Below are positions 1-9,729 of a stretch of DNA of 64,000 nucleotides, in pieces. The notes under the pieces are model-generated. The model made no database searches. It was not told the origin of the DNA and saw only the letters and a list, made by a program, of their open reading frames with translations. Source of the stretch: Planctomycetota bacterium (GTDB lineage Bacteria; Planctomycetota; UBA1135; UBA2386); NCBI GenBank assembly GCA_036274315.1, contig DASUFY010000201.1, forward strand, positions 316 to 64,315. The letters are read 5' to 3'. Every line of letters starts with the position of its first letter. Position 1 is the first letter of the stretch. The translations under genes were made by a program, and so were the position numbers.

Positions 1-57
1 GGGAAAACCCGCTGGGCTCACGGACCCCTGCCCGCCCGCGTCCGGCCAGCGCTCGGG

Positions 58-1896
58 CTAGCGCTCGAGTCGACCGTCGGCGCCGATCGAGAACGACACG
101 CGAGCCCCGCTGCGCAGGGCACCGTCGTCGAGCACGAGCGCCGGCTCGATCTGCCATCGGCCCGACGCGAGCGCCCCGCGCGTCTCGACCGCGAGCACGT
201 GGGCCGCCTGGCGCTGCAGCAGCAGCGAGAGCTCTTCGCCGCCGGGGCCGAGCACACGCAGCGCGCCGGCGAGCACGCGCCCGGACTCCGGCGCGGACTC
301 GTCGAGTTCGACGACGAAGCGACTGCCCGCGCCGTCGTCGGCGACCTCGACCCGGGTCCTCCGCACCGGTCCGGCCGGCGGTCGGCAACGCACCACCGCG
401 GCGCCCTCGGTCCAGCTCTCGACCGAACACGCGCGGTCGGTGATGCCGCGGCACTGTCTCAGCGCCGCGTGCAGGTGGCGGGCCGAGGCCGGCCCCACCA
501 CGAGGTACTCGAAGTGCAGGTGCTGCGCGCGCTGCTCGATCTGGTCGAGCAGTGCCGGCCCCTGTGCGTCGAGTCGCTGCGTGGGAATCCAGAGCACATG
601 GCCCGGCACATGACGCATCATCGGTGAGAACGGCGAGGCGATCGGGTCGCCGTCGGTCAACCGGGTCCGCAGGCTGCGCACGGCCTCGATCTCGGCCGTC
701 GGGTGGCTGTCGACGAACGTGCGCACCCAGCCCGGCATGGATGCGGCGGCGACGGCGATCGTCGCGACGAGGGGCAGGCACAGCCAGAGTCGCTGCGTGC
801 GTGTGGCGCCGCCTTGCGCGAGCGCGGCCATGGCCAGTGCCGCCATGGGCAGCATCGGCAGCAGGTAGCGTCCTTCCGGCACGAGCGCCACGCACAGCAT
901 CGGCAGATACAGGCCCCCGAACACGACGACACCACGCAGCACCGGATGGCGCCACGCGCGCAGGCAGCCCAGCACGATCGCGATCACGATCGCGAGGTCG
1001 GCTGGGAAGCACGGGCGCGAGGCGACGAACTCGCCGAGGCCACCCGTGAGTTGTCCGCCCAGGTCGCGCACGAGTGCCCCGGCGACGCGACCACCGTGCT
1101 GCAGCAACAGGTCCGACAGCGAACTGGCGGGCGCATCGGCGAACGCCGCCACCGCGTCGTAGTCGTGCACGACCTTGAGGTCGATGTTGCGCCAGTGTTC
1201 GCTGTAGACGGGCGAACCGTACGCCCACCACGCGGCGAGCGCCTGCGGCAGGTAGCCGAGCGCGAGACCGGCCAGCACGAAGGCGCCGCGGCGCAGGCGC
1301 GGTGCGGCGGCGAACGCGACCAGCAGCAGCGCCGGCACGAGCGGCAGCATCTGGAATCGCGTGCCGAGCGCGAGGCCGGCGAGCACGCCGGCGCCGAGCC
1401 AGTTCCGTGCGCAGGGTCGGTCGACGGCGCGCGCGGACACCGCGAACGCGGCCATCGCGAACGCCAGCGCGATGACGTCGGATGCGGCCTGGGCCGACAT
1501 CACCACGACCGCGCCGTGCGCGGCCAGCAGCAGCCCGCAGAGCACGGCGGCCGTCGTGCCGAACACGGAGCCCGCGAGCACCGCGGTCGCGAAGACCAGC
1601 AGCCCGCCGGCGAGCGCGCTGAGCAGCTTGCCGGCCGTGAAGGCGTCGCCGGTCAGCAGCGCCCCACCTGCCATCAGGCCCGGGTAGTAGATCGGGTGCC
1701 AGATGTCGCGCGGGAGTTCGCCGCGCAGGATCTGCTCGGCCTTGTCGACATAGAGGTCGCTCTCGCCGCCGGGAACCTCGATGGGATGCGCGACGAGGGC
1801 GAGCACGACGAACGCCGTGGCCGCGAGGCCGCCCAGCACCGCGGGCCAGCGGGCGGTCCCCATCTGGCGCGGACTCGCGGCACTCGGCGGCAGCAT
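58..1896 (-). CDS. Polytopic membrane protein, suspected GT-C (ArnT/PMT-like) glycosyltransferase fold, with a soluble C-terminal domain
   Basis: ORF 58..2667(-) trimmed to the ATG at 1896 (alternative ATG at 1863), because the region above 1959 is occupied by the ATL gene. Many hydrophobic helices are visible (AVLGGLAATAFVVLALV, LLVFATAVLAGSVFG, LPLVPALLLVAFAAAP, LAIVIAIVLGCL), followed by a roughly 200-aa non-hydrophobic tail. TAG stop at 58-60. The family call is tentative. Confidence 0.55.
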   Translation of the reverse strand: MLPPSAASPRQMGTARWPAVLGGLAATAFVVLALVAHPIEVPGGESDLYVDKAEQILRGELPRDIWHPIYYPGLMAGGALLTGDAFTAGKLLSALAGGLLVFATAVLAGSVFGTTAAVLCGLLLAAHGAVVVMSAQAASDVIALAFAMAAFAVSARAVDRPCARNWLGAGVLAGLALGTRFQMLPLVPALLLVAFAAAPRLRRGAFVLAGLALGYLPQALAAWWAYGSPVYSEHWRNIDLKVVHDYDAVAAFADAPASSLSDLLLQHGGRVAGALVRDLGGQLTGGLGEFVASRPCFPADLAIVIAIVLGCLRAWRHPVLRGVVVFGGLYLPMLCVALVPEGRYLLPMLPMAALAMAALAQGGATRTQRLWLCLPLVATIAVAAASMPGWVRTFVDSHPTAEIEAVRSLRTRLTDGDPIASPFSPMMRHVPGHVLWIPTQRLDAQGPALLDQIEQRAQHLHFEYLVVGPASARHLHAALRQCRGITDRACSVESWTEGAAVVRCRPPAGPVRRTRVEVADDGAGSRFVVELDESAPESGRVLAGALRVLGPGGEELSLLLQRQAAHVLAVETRGALASGRWQIEPALVLDDGALRSGARVSFSIGADGRLER

Positions 1897-1958
1897 GCGA
1901 CCATCGTCGATGCCCTGGCGATCGGGCGCAATGGGCGCGATGCGGAGCCGCGGAGCCG

Positions 1959-2312
1959 TCAGCCCGATCGGAACACGTGCCGCAGCGCGACGAAGTCCGA
2001 CACGCGGTCGCCGCGCACGGCGACACCCTCGCCGCGCAGCGCCTTCGCCTGCCGCCGCGCCGCGAGCGTGCCCGCGCGCGCCAGCCGGCCCTGCGCCGCG
2101 ACGACGCGCCACCATGGCACCGTGTCGTCGGCGACCGCGGCCATCGCGAAGCCGACCTGTCGCGCGATCGACCGACTGCCCAGCGCGCCGGCGAGGTCGC
2201 CGTAGGTCGTCACCGAACCTCGCGGCACCTCGCGCACGAGCGCGTGCACCGCGGCTTGGAAACCGGGGCCGACGAGGCGCCGCGGGCCGTGGCGGGTGGG
2301 GTCGTAGGGCAT
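1959..2312 (-). CDS. MGMT-family DNA-binding protein, alkyltransferase-like (ATL; active-site Cys replaced)
   Basis: 117-aa ORF containing GSVTTYGDLAGALGSRSIARQVGFAM and VPWWRVV, which aligns to the PCHRV active-site loop of Ogt/MGMT with Trp in place of Cys. Only the C-terminal DNA-binding domain is present. Confidence 0.8.
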   Translation of the reverse strand: MPYDPTRHGPRRLVGPGFQAAVHALVREVPRGSVTTYGDLAGALGSRSIARQVGFAMAAVADDTVPWWRVVAAQGRLARAGTLAARRQAKALRGEGVAVRGDRVSDFVALRHVFRSG

Positions 2313-2390
2313 GTCGCCGAGGTTCTACCGCTGCTGGGGATTCGTCGCCCGCCGCGCGACTGCCGTACACGCGGCGGCGAGAATGGCGCC

Positions 2391-3437
2391 ATGGTACACG
2401 CGCTCGCCCTGTGTCTGCTCTCCCTGCTGCCGCCGATCCCGCAACAGCCGACGCCGCCCCCGGCCGCCGCCCAAGCGCCGGCCCGCGGACTCCACGTGCT
2501 GCGCACGTTCGCGGTCGGCGGCGAAGGCGCCTGGGACTACGTGACCATCGATTCCGAGGCGCGCCGTCTCTACGTGCCGCGGTCCACGCGCGTGCTGGTG
2601 CTCGACGCCGACACGGGCAAGCAGGTCGGCGAGATCGGCGACACCGCGGGCGTGCACGGCGTCGCATTGGCGCCCGAGTTCGGCAGGGGCTTCACGAGCA
2701 ACGGTCGCGCCAACACCTGCACGGTGTTCGATCTGAAGTCCGGCAAGACGCTGCAGACCGTCGCCACCGGCAGGAACCCCGACGCGCTCGTCTACGAACC
2801 GGTGACGAAGTGCGTGTTCCTCGGCGACGGCAGCAGCAAGGAGGTCACGGTGATCTCGGCCGACACGTTGAAGGTGGAGGCCACGATCGCGGTCGGCGGC
2901 AAGCCCGAGGCGCTGGCCGTCGATGGTCATGGCAAGGTCTTCGTCAACATCGAGGACACGAGCGAGGTGCTGCGCATCGACGCCAGGCAGCACACGGTCG
3001 AACAGCGCATGGCGCTGGCTCCCGGCGAGGAACCGACCGGGCTCGCCATCGACGCCGAACACCACACGCTGTTCGCGACGTGCCACAACGAGTTCATGGT
3101 CGTGCTCGACGGCGGCACCGGCAAGGTGCTCGCGACGCCGGCGATCGGCAAGCGCACCGACGGCGCGGCCTTCGACGCGAAGAGCGGCCGCGCGTTCTCG
3201 GCCAACGGCGACGGCACGCTCACGGTCGTCGACACCCGCGGCGACAAGCCGTTCACGGTCGTCGAGAACGTGCCGACGCTGCCCGGCGCCCGCACGCTCG
3301 CGTTCGACCCCAAGACGGAGCAGATCTACCTGCCGACCGCGCAGTACGAGCCGGCCCCCGCCGACGCGTCGTCCGGCGGTCGCCGGCGGCCGGCCATGAA
3401 GCCCGACTCGTTCCAGATCGTCGTCGTCGGCCGCTGA
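2391..3437 (+). CDS. Secreted YVTN/YncE-like beta-propeller repeat protein
   Basis: ORF 1977..3437 trimmed to the ATG at 2391 (MVHALALCLLSLL signal-like N-terminus). Repeating units of about 40 aa are visible (GVHGVALAPEFGRGFTSNGRANTCTVFD, GRNPDALVYEPVTKCVFLGDGSSKEVTVI, GGKPEALAVDGHGKVFVNIE). Confidence 0.8.
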   Translation: MVHALALCLLSLLPPIPQQPTPPPAAAQAPARGLHVLRTFAVGGEGAWDYVTIDSEARRLYVPRSTRVLVLDADTGKQVGEIGDTAGVHGVALAPEFGRGFTSNGRANTCTVFDLKSGKTLQTVATGRNPDALVYEPVTKCVFLGDGSSKEVTVISADTLKVEATIAVGGKPEALAVDGHGKVFVNIEDTSEVLRIDARQHTVEQRMALAPGEEPTGLAIDAEHHTLFATCHNEFMVVLDGGTGKVLATPAIGKRTDGAAFDAKSGRAFSANGDGTLTVVDTRGDKPFTVVENVPTLPGARTLAFDPKTEQIYLPTAQYEPAPADASSGGRRRPAMKPDSFQIVVVGR

Positions 3438-3450
3438 TCGCGGGTCTTTC

Positions 3451-3470
3451 GCCCGGCGAGCAAGCCGGGC
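3451..3470 (+). terminator. Candidate stem-loop after the beta-propeller gene
   Basis: GCCCGGC-gagcaa-GCCGGGC, a perfect 7-bp stem lying 14 nt after the stop at 3437. There is no clear U-tract. Confidence 0.3.
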
Positions 3471-3566
3471 CCGGCACGCGGCGGTATGGTGCGCCGCCGT
3501 GCGGCCTCGATCGGCCGCGACCCGCGCCGCGCCACCGCGCCGGCACCACCCCGGACGATCCGATCC

Positions 3567-5207
3567 ATGCCGCTCCCTCACTTCGCCTTCGCCCTGTGCA
3601 CCGCTGCCGGCGCGACGCTGCTCGCGCAGGTCTCCCCCGAACAATTCGCCGGCATCAAGAAGGAGGGGCTCGAGCACTCGCAGGTGATGGCGCACCTCGA
3701 CCACCTCACCAACCGCATCGGACCGAGGCTCACGTCGTCGGACAACCTGACGGTCGCCGACGAATGGGCGCGCGACACGTTCCAGTCGTTCGGCATCGAC
3801 AACGCGCACCTCGAGCAGTGGGGCACGTTCCCGGTCGGCTTCAACCGCGGGCCGTGGTGGGGTCGCATGACCAAGCCCGAGCCGATGGAACTCGTCTGCA
3901 ACACCGAAGCGTGGTCCGCCGGCACGCGCAGGCCGTCGCGCGGCCCGCTGCTCCAGGCGCCGCGCGATGCCGAGGGACTCGCCGCGCTCGAGGGCAAGCT
4001 CGCCGGTGTCTGGATCCTCGATCCGCCGCGCGGCGACCTGCTGAATCAGCTGTCGGCGGCGATGGAGAAGGAGGGCGCGTTCGGCTTCCTCGCCGGCGGG
4101 GGCGGCGACCTGCTCCTCACGGGTGGCCGTTCGAACGTCGACTGGGACAACCTGCCCAAGCTGCCGATGGTGCGGCTGACCAAGGACGGTTACACGGCGC
4201 TGCACGAGCAGCTCGACGCGGGCAAGCCGGTCGAGGTCGAGTTCGACATCCGCAACCACTTCCGCAAGGGCCCGATCCCGCTCTTCAACGTGATCGCCGA
4301 CATTCCCGGCACCGAACACCCCGACGAGTTCGTCGTCGTCGGCGGGCACCTCGACAGCTGGGACGGCGCGGTCGGCGCGACCGACAACGGCACGGGCACG
4401 GCAACGACGATCGAAGCCGCGCGCATCCTCATGGCGATCGGTGCCAAGCCCAAGCGCACGATCCGGTTCATGCTGTGGAGCGGCGAGGAGCAGGGCCTGC
4501 TCGGTTCGCGCGCCTGGGTGCAGAAGCACAAGGACGAGCTGGACAAGTACTCGGCGTGCCTCGTGCACGACGGTGGCACCAACTACCTGTCGGGCATCGC
4601 CGGCATGGCGGAGATGCACGCGCAGCTCGAGACGGTGTTCGCGCCGATCTTCGACCTGTCGCCCGACATGCCGTTCGAGATCCGCGACATCGCGGCGTTC
4701 ACGCCGATCGGCAGCGACCACGAGTCGTTCACGGCCGCCGGCGTGCCGGGCTTCTTCTGGAAGCAGTCCGGCCGCGCCAACTACACGCACACGCACCACA
4801 CGCAGTACGACACCTACGACGCGGCGATCGAGGAGTACCAGCGCCACTCGTCGGTCGTGATCGCGACCGGCGCGCTCGGCATCGCCAACCTGCCCGAGCT
4901 GCTGACGCGCGAGAACATGAAGGTGCAGCGCGGCTTCGGCGGTGGTGGCGGCCGCCGCGGCGGTGGCGGGCGCCTGCTCGGCGTGCAGCTCGAGGACGAC
5001 GGCATCACGCTCGCGGACGTCACGCCGGATGGACTCGCCGTCAAGGCCGGCATGAAGGCCGGGGATCGCATCCTGAAGATCGGCGACAAGGCGATCAAGT
5101 CGGTCGAGGACCTGCGTGCGGCGATGACCGCCGCGCCCGTGAAGACGAGCGTCACGTGGAAGCGCGGCGACAAGGAGATGAGCGCGGAGATCACGTTCGC
5201 GCGGTGA
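3567..5207 (+). CDS. M28-family aminopeptidase with C-terminal PDZ domain
   Basis: ORF 3486..5207 trimmed to the ATG at 3567 (MPLPHFAFALCTAAGATLLAQ signal peptide). M28 motifs are GGHLDSWDGAVGATDNGTGTA and WSGEEQGLLGS. The C-terminus is PDZ-like (GVQLEDDGITLADVTPDGLAVKAGMKAGDRILKIGDKAI). Confidence 0.85.
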   Translation: MPLPHFAFALCTAAGATLLAQVSPEQFAGIKKEGLEHSQVMAHLDHLTNRIGPRLTSSDNLTVADEWARDTFQSFGIDNAHLEQWGTFPVGFNRGPWWGRMTKPEPMELVCNTEAWSAGTRRPSRGPLLQAPRDAEGLAALEGKLAGVWILDPPRGDLLNQLSAAMEKEGAFGFLAGGGGDLLLTGGRSNVDWDNLPKLPMVRLTKDGYTALHEQLDAGKPVEVEFDIRNHFRKGPIPLFNVIADIPGTEHPDEFVVVGGHLDSWDGAVGATDNGTGTATTIEAARILMAIGAKPKRTIRFMLWSGEEQGLLGSRAWVQKHKDELDKYSACLVHDGGTNYLSGIAGMAEMHAQLETVFAPIFDLSPDMPFEIRDIAAFTPIGSDHESFTAAGVPGFFWKQSGRANYTHTHHTQYDTYDAAIEEYQRHSSVVIATGALGIANLPELLTRENMKVQRGFGGGGGRRGGGGRLLGVQLEDDGITLADVTPDGLAVKAGMKAGDRILKIGDKAIKSVEDLRAAMTAAPVKTSVTWKRGDKEMSAEITFAR

Positions 5208-5246
5208 GGCGCGGCGGCAGCGGTCGGGCCGCGGCGCGCCGTCGGT

Positions 5247-5978
5247 TCACCGGCTGCTCGCCAGGGCGCCGGCGAGTGCGCGCAACAACGCGCCGCCGTC
5301 GCCCGCGTAGCAGCTGCCGTGCATGCAGGCGAGCAGCTTCGGCTGCAGTGCGGCCAGCTTCGCGAGCAGAGGACCGGTCGCGCGGCCATGCGCGTAGTAG
5401 TCCATGCCGCTGCGCATCGCTTCGCTGGATCCGAGCACGTCGCCGTCCGTCACCGCTGGATTGTCGCTGCCCGGCTGAGTGAACAGGTCGCCGCACAACA
5501 GCGTGCGCGTGGTCTCTTCGAACAGGTAGCCGCATTCCCAGGCGTGCGGCAGATGCGGGGTGTCGAGCCAGCGGAACGTGCGGTCGCCGAGCACCAGCCG
5601 TTCGCCGTCGGCCAGCGCCTTCGGCGCCCGGTCGAATGCGTCGCCGTTGATCATGGCGTTCACGGTTCCGCACAACGGCGTCGCGGCCGGTGCCGCCGCG
5701 AGCAGCAGGTTGAGTGCGCCGCATTCGTCGTTCTCGAAGTGCGAGAAGGCGATCCAGCGCAGTTGGCGCACCGGCAGGACCTTGTCGATGGCGCCCATCG
5801 TCAGCGGCGCCATGCCGCGCGGGCCGGTGTGGAACAACAGTGGTTGCGGCCCGGCGACCAGGATGCGGTTGAAGGAGAAGCCGCCGGGCACGACCGCAGG
5901 CGGCACCGGCGTGGAGATCCGGTAGACGCCTGCTGTCACTTCGTCGAGCGTGGTGCCGCTCTGTGCGTCCGTGATCAT
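5247..5978 (-). CDS. Metallo-beta-lactamase-fold protein with an atypical H-x-E-x-D-E metal motif
   Basis: ORF 5247..6293(-) trimmed to the ATG at 5978 (MITDAQSGTTLDEV). The sequence FHTGPRG...IAFSHFENDECGALN sits where the MBL HxHxDH motif normally occurs. Confidence 0.75.
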   Translation of the reverse strand: MITDAQSGTTLDEVTAGVYRISTPVPPAVVPGGFSFNRILVAGPQPLLFHTGPRGMAPLTMGAIDKVLPVRQLRWIAFSHFENDECGALNLLLAAAPAATPLCGTVNAMINGDAFDRAPKALADGERLVLGDRTFRWLDTPHLPHAWECGYLFEETTRTLLCGDLFTQPGSDNPAVTDGDVLGSSEAMRSGMDYYAHGRATGPLLAKLAALQPKLLACMHGSCYAGDGGALLRALAGALASSR

Positions 5979-6052
5979 GTCGGTGTGCGGTCGGGGCCGG
6001 GGTCGAGATGCACGGTCCTGGAGATCGCCGGCCCTGTCAAGGCAGAACACGA

Positions 6053-8236
6053 TCACCGCGCGGCGGACAACGTGAACTGCCAGTTCACGTTCTCCACCGT
6101 GCTGCCGGCGTTGATCGTGCGGAAGCTGCGCGGCGTGAGGCCGGTGTTGACGATCTTCGCCTGCAGCGTGAACGAGTTCACCGCGAGCGGCACGCCGTCG
6201 ACCTGCACCTCGATGAAGTCGCCGAAGTCGCCGAAGCGCAGCGCGGGACCCGACGCCGCATCGACGCCCATCGTGCGCGAGAAGGCGCTCCACTGGTCGA
6301 GCAGGCCACCGTTCACGACGCGAGTCGTCACGGTCGCCTCGGGCGGCAGACCGGACGGCATGAAACCGCCGATCGAGAAAGTGCCGACGTCTCGCGGCAC
6401 GAACAGCGCCTCGGCCCGGAACACCGCCGTGGAACCGCTGAACGACACCTGTTCGAAGTCGAGCAGGCCGACGCGTGTGTCGCCGGTCACGATCTGCAGC
6501 GTCTCGGTGACGGGGACCGCGAGGCGCGTCGGCTGCGGCGGCGAGCCGAGCCGCAGGCTGATGTCCAACTCGACCTCTTCGAGCGGGAAGTCGTTGGGCA
6601 CGCTCGACGTGTAGCTCGCGGAGTAGAGGCTGCCGAGGTCGCCGCCGAGTTCGCGGAACGCGTTCACGAGGTCCGCGACACCGGCCACGCCGTAGACGCC
6701 ACCTGCCGTCTGGGCGGCAATGCGGCGCAGTTGGCGAGCCTGCGGGTCCGGTGCGCCGATCGCGAGCGGGTAGAGCGCGTAGTTGTCACCGTTCGCGTTG
6801 GCGATGAGCCCGTCGACGGTGACGGAGCTGCCCGTGTCGATGCCGTCCGTCAGGAAGACCAGCGACTGCAGCGAACCGCGCGGGTCCTCGTCGAAGCTGC
6901 TCGATGCGGCGAGCACGGCGTCGAAGACGCGCGAGAAGCCGTAATAGGGCGCGAAGCCGTCGAGAGCCTGGAACGCCTCCGTCTGCTTGCCCGCGTCGAG
7001 CCAGTTGCCCTGCGCACCCGGCGGCAGCTGCGGCACCATCACCGCGGCGGCCGTGAAGCTGTCGTGGAACTCCCAGAACTGGACCCGGCTCCTGGCATTG
7101 GCCTGCCAGACGCCGACGGCGAGATCCTTGGCGCCCTGCACCATCGCCGGGATGCCACCGCTCGCGCGCATGGACTCGGTGTAGTCCAGCAGCACGACCA
7201 CGTCCTGCGGCACGCGGGCCTTCTTGAAGATCGGGTTCGCCTCGCTGCGATCGATCTCGACGCCCTTCTCCATGAAGTACAGGTTGCTGCCGACGAGCTG
7301 CGAAGCGTCGAGGTCGATGATGTCGTCGTGCTGGTCCCGCAGCGTGAACAGGAACTGCACGCGCCCCGGAGTCTGCACGACGGGGCCGGCGGCGCTCTTG
7401 CGGAACGTGAACGACGGTCCGGTGGGGGCCTCGTCGATCGCGAACAGGTCGTCGGCGAAGACGAGGAACTCGCGGCCGCTGGCCTCGATGCCGATGGTGC
7501 TGTTCCCGGGCAGGGACAGCGTCGTCGGCACGTAGAGGCGTTCGAGGCTGCCCTCGGCGAAGAAGCGCACCACCTGCTGCCTCTCGTCCACCTCGATGCG
7601 CAGCGGCACGGGCCGGTCGAGCAGGTCGATGCCGTCATCGGCGTCGAGGGAGCCCAGCGTGCGACTGCTCTGCTCGACGGGGTTGCCGTCCGAGTCGAGC
7701 AGCTGCGTGACGAGGGAGACGTTGGAGTTGCTGGCGCGCAGGCCGATGCGGGCCTGCCTGGCGACCTCGTTGCCGTTCTCGGACGCGGTCGTGCCGTCGA
7801 TGTCGATGCTGACGAACGCGTCGTAGTCGGCCGGCTTCGCCGCGCTGTTGGGCCGCGACAGCACGATGCTCGCGCGGAAGTCCGTGAAACGGCCCTGGGC
7901 GCGGCTGCGGATGCCGGCCCGCGTGCGTTGCCCGCCTTCACCGGTCGACTCGAGCCGCACGCGGCCCGCGTCGGCGCGCGGCATCTCGGCCCCGACGTCG
8001 GCGATCATCGCCCAGTCGGCCAACTGGAACTGCTCGAGGGGGCCGGTGCCGTCGTCGCGGTTGTTGCCGCCGCCGCCGCTGCAGGCGGCGAACAGCAACA
8101 CCGTACACAGGCACAGGGCAGGCGCGGCTGCGCCCGGCGGGCGCTGCGACCGCACGCCGGATCGACGGGGTGCGGCTGCCGCCGCGACGAACGGGTTGCC
8201 GGGGGACGGAACGCTACGACGATGTTCGGTTCGCAT
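6053..8236 (-). CDS. Lipoprotein with von Willebrand factor A (vWA) domain
   Basis: 727-aa ORF. Lipobox LLFAAC|SGGGG. MIDAS-like VVVLLDYTESM, plus LVFLTDGIDTGS. Sequence is protein-like throughout. Confidence 0.8.
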   Translation of the reverse strand: MRTEHRRSVPSPGNPFVAAAAAPRRSGVRSQRPPGAAAPALCLCTVLLFAACSGGGGNNRDDGTGPLEQFQLADWAMIADVGAEMPRADAGRVRLESTGEGGQRTRAGIRSRAQGRFTDFRASIVLSRPNSAAKPADYDAFVSIDIDGTTASENGNEVARQARIGLRASNSNVSLVTQLLDSDGNPVEQSSRTLGSLDADDGIDLLDRPVPLRIEVDERQQVVRFFAEGSLERLYVPTTLSLPGNSTIGIEASGREFLVFADDLFAIDEAPTGPSFTFRKSAAGPVVQTPGRVQFLFTLRDQHDDIIDLDASQLVGSNLYFMEKGVEIDRSEANPIFKKARVPQDVVVLLDYTESMRASGGIPAMVQGAKDLAVGVWQANARSRVQFWEFHDSFTAAAVMVPQLPPGAQGNWLDAGKQTEAFQALDGFAPYYGFSRVFDAVLAASSSFDEDPRGSLQSLVFLTDGIDTGSSVTVDGLIANANGDNYALYPLAIGAPDPQARQLRRIAAQTAGGVYGVAGVADLVNAFRELGGDLGSLYSASYTSSVPNDFPLEEVELDISLRLGSPPQPTRLAVPVTETLQIVTGDTRVGLLDFEQVSFSGSTAVFRAEALFVPRDVGTFSIGGFMPSGLPPEATVTTRVVNGGLLDQWSAFSRTMGVDAASGPALRFGDFGDFIEVQVDGVPLAVNSFTLQAKIVNTGLTPRSFRTINAGSTVENVNWQFTLSAAR

Positions 8237-8351
8237 GGGTCGTGCCCTTTCACGATGGTTGGAGACACACCCCGTGTTCCGGTCGCGGCGATCGTCACCG
8301 GCTTTCGCCGGAATCCACGCGCATGCGCGCGCCCGGGCCGCCGATCGCCGC

Positions 8352-9563
8352 TCAACGCATGCGGGCGACGTACTGCTCGATGCGGGCCAGGAAGTCCTTC
8401 GCGAGGTTCGGGCCCTCGAGCGTGCACACCTGCACGCCGTCCTCGTACACCGGCGCGCGCGGGGCCTCGCCCGTGCCCGGCAACGAGATGCCGAGGTGCG
8501 CCGCCTTGCTCTCGCCGGGCCCGTTGACCACGCAACCCATCACCGCGACCTGCAGCGACGCGGCCTCTGGCTTGTGCTTCTTCCACTCGGGCATGCGTGC
8601 GTGCAGGAACTGCTCGACCTGCTGGCTCAGTTCCTGGAAGTAGCTCGACGTCGTGCGGCCGCAGCCGGGGCACGCGGTCACCTGCGGCAGGAACGGGCGG
8701 ATGTCCATCGCCTGCAGGATCTGCTGGCAGGCGCGCACCTCCTGGGTGCGCGAGCCGCCCGGTTCGGGCGTCAGCGAGACGCGGATCGTGTCGCCGATGC
8801 CCTGTTGCAGCAGGATCGCGAGGCCCGCCGTCGAACCCACGATGCCCTTCATGCCCATGCCCGCCTCGGTCAGGCCGAGGTGCAGCGCGTGGTCGGTGCG
8901 GTCGGCCAGCGCGCGGTAGACGCGCACGAGTTCCTGCACCCTGCTGATCTTGCAGCTCAGGATGATCTGGTCGCGCCGCAGGCCGAGCTCCTCGGCGGCC
9001 GTCGCCGAACGCAGTGCGCTCTGCACCATCGCCTCGAGGAAGACCGTCGCGGCGTCGTGTGGCACCGAGGCCCTGGCGTTCTGGTCCATGAGGTCGCTGA
9101 GCAGCTCCTGATCGAGCGAACCGGCGTTGACGCCGATGCGCACGGGCTTCTGGTGCTCGACCGCGCAGGCGACCATCGTCGCGAAGTTCTTGTCGTGGTT
9201 GCCGCCCTTGCCGACGTTGCCGGGGTTGATGCGGTACTTGTCGAGCGCTTCGGCGCAGGCCGGGTACTTGCGCAGCAGCACGTGACCGTTGTAGTGGAAG
9301 TCGCCGATCAGCGGCACGGCGAGACCCTGGTCGCCGAGCCGGCGCCGGATCTCGGGCACGGCGGCGGCGGCCTCCTGCGTGTTGACCGTGATGCGCACGA
9401 GCTCGCTGCCGGCCAGGAACAGCTCGGCGGCCTGCGCCGCGGTGGCCGCCGCGTCGGCCGTGTCCGTGTTGGTCATCGACTGCACGACGACGGCATGGCC
9501 GCCGCCGACGGTGACGGGACCGACGCGTACGGGAACGGTCTTCTTGCGGGCGGGCGCGAACAT
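8352..9563 (-). CDS. ispG: 4-hydroxy-3-methylbut-2-en-1-yl diphosphate synthase (MEP pathway)
   Basis: Conserved IspG blocks are present: [53 protein letters not shown] prefer the start at 9563 (MFAPARKK); the upstream alternative start at 9596 is also possible. Confidence 0.9.
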   Translation of the reverse strand: MFAPARKKTVPVRVGPVTVGGGHAVVVQSMTNTDTADAAATAAQAAELFLAGSELVRITVNTQEAAAAVPEIRRRLGDQGLAVPLIGDFHYNGHVLLRKYPACAEALDKYRINPGNVGKGGNHDKNFATMVACAVEHQKPVRIGVNAGSLDQELLSDLMDQNARASVPHDAATVFLEAMVQSALRSATAAEELGLRRDQIILSCKISRVQELVRVYRALADRTDHALHLGLTEAGMGMKGIVGSTAGLAILLQQGIGDTIRVSLTPEPGGSRTQEVRACQQILQAMDIRPFLPQVTACPGCGRTTSSYFQELSQQVEQFLHARMPEWKKHKPEAASLQVAVMGCVVNGPGESKAAHLGISLPGTGEAPRAPVYEDGVQVCTLEGPNLAKDFLARIEQYVARMR

Positions 9564-9729
9564 GGGGGGAACAGGATAGCGCAGTGGCCCGCGCACGGCG
9601 AATGCCGAGGACCTGGCCGGTCTGGCCGGCCGTCATCGAGCCAGCGCGCTTCGGTGATCGGGACTTCGCAATAGCTCGGTGACGCGATCGCAGGGCGCGC
9701 CCTTCACGCCCTCACGCCCGGAGTCATCG

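Noticed and set aside
1781-5482. A 1233-aa ORF on the + strand. Similar very long ORFs include 20126..23131(-), 60790..63774(-), 6008..8527(+), 36590..38680(+) and 37764..39974(-).
   Set aside because: The translations are extremely Arg/Ala/Pro/Gly-rich with no hydrophobic core or recognisable motifs. They overlap genes in other frames or on the other strand that have clear family signatures. Stop-free shadow frames like these are typical of DNA that is over 70% G+C.
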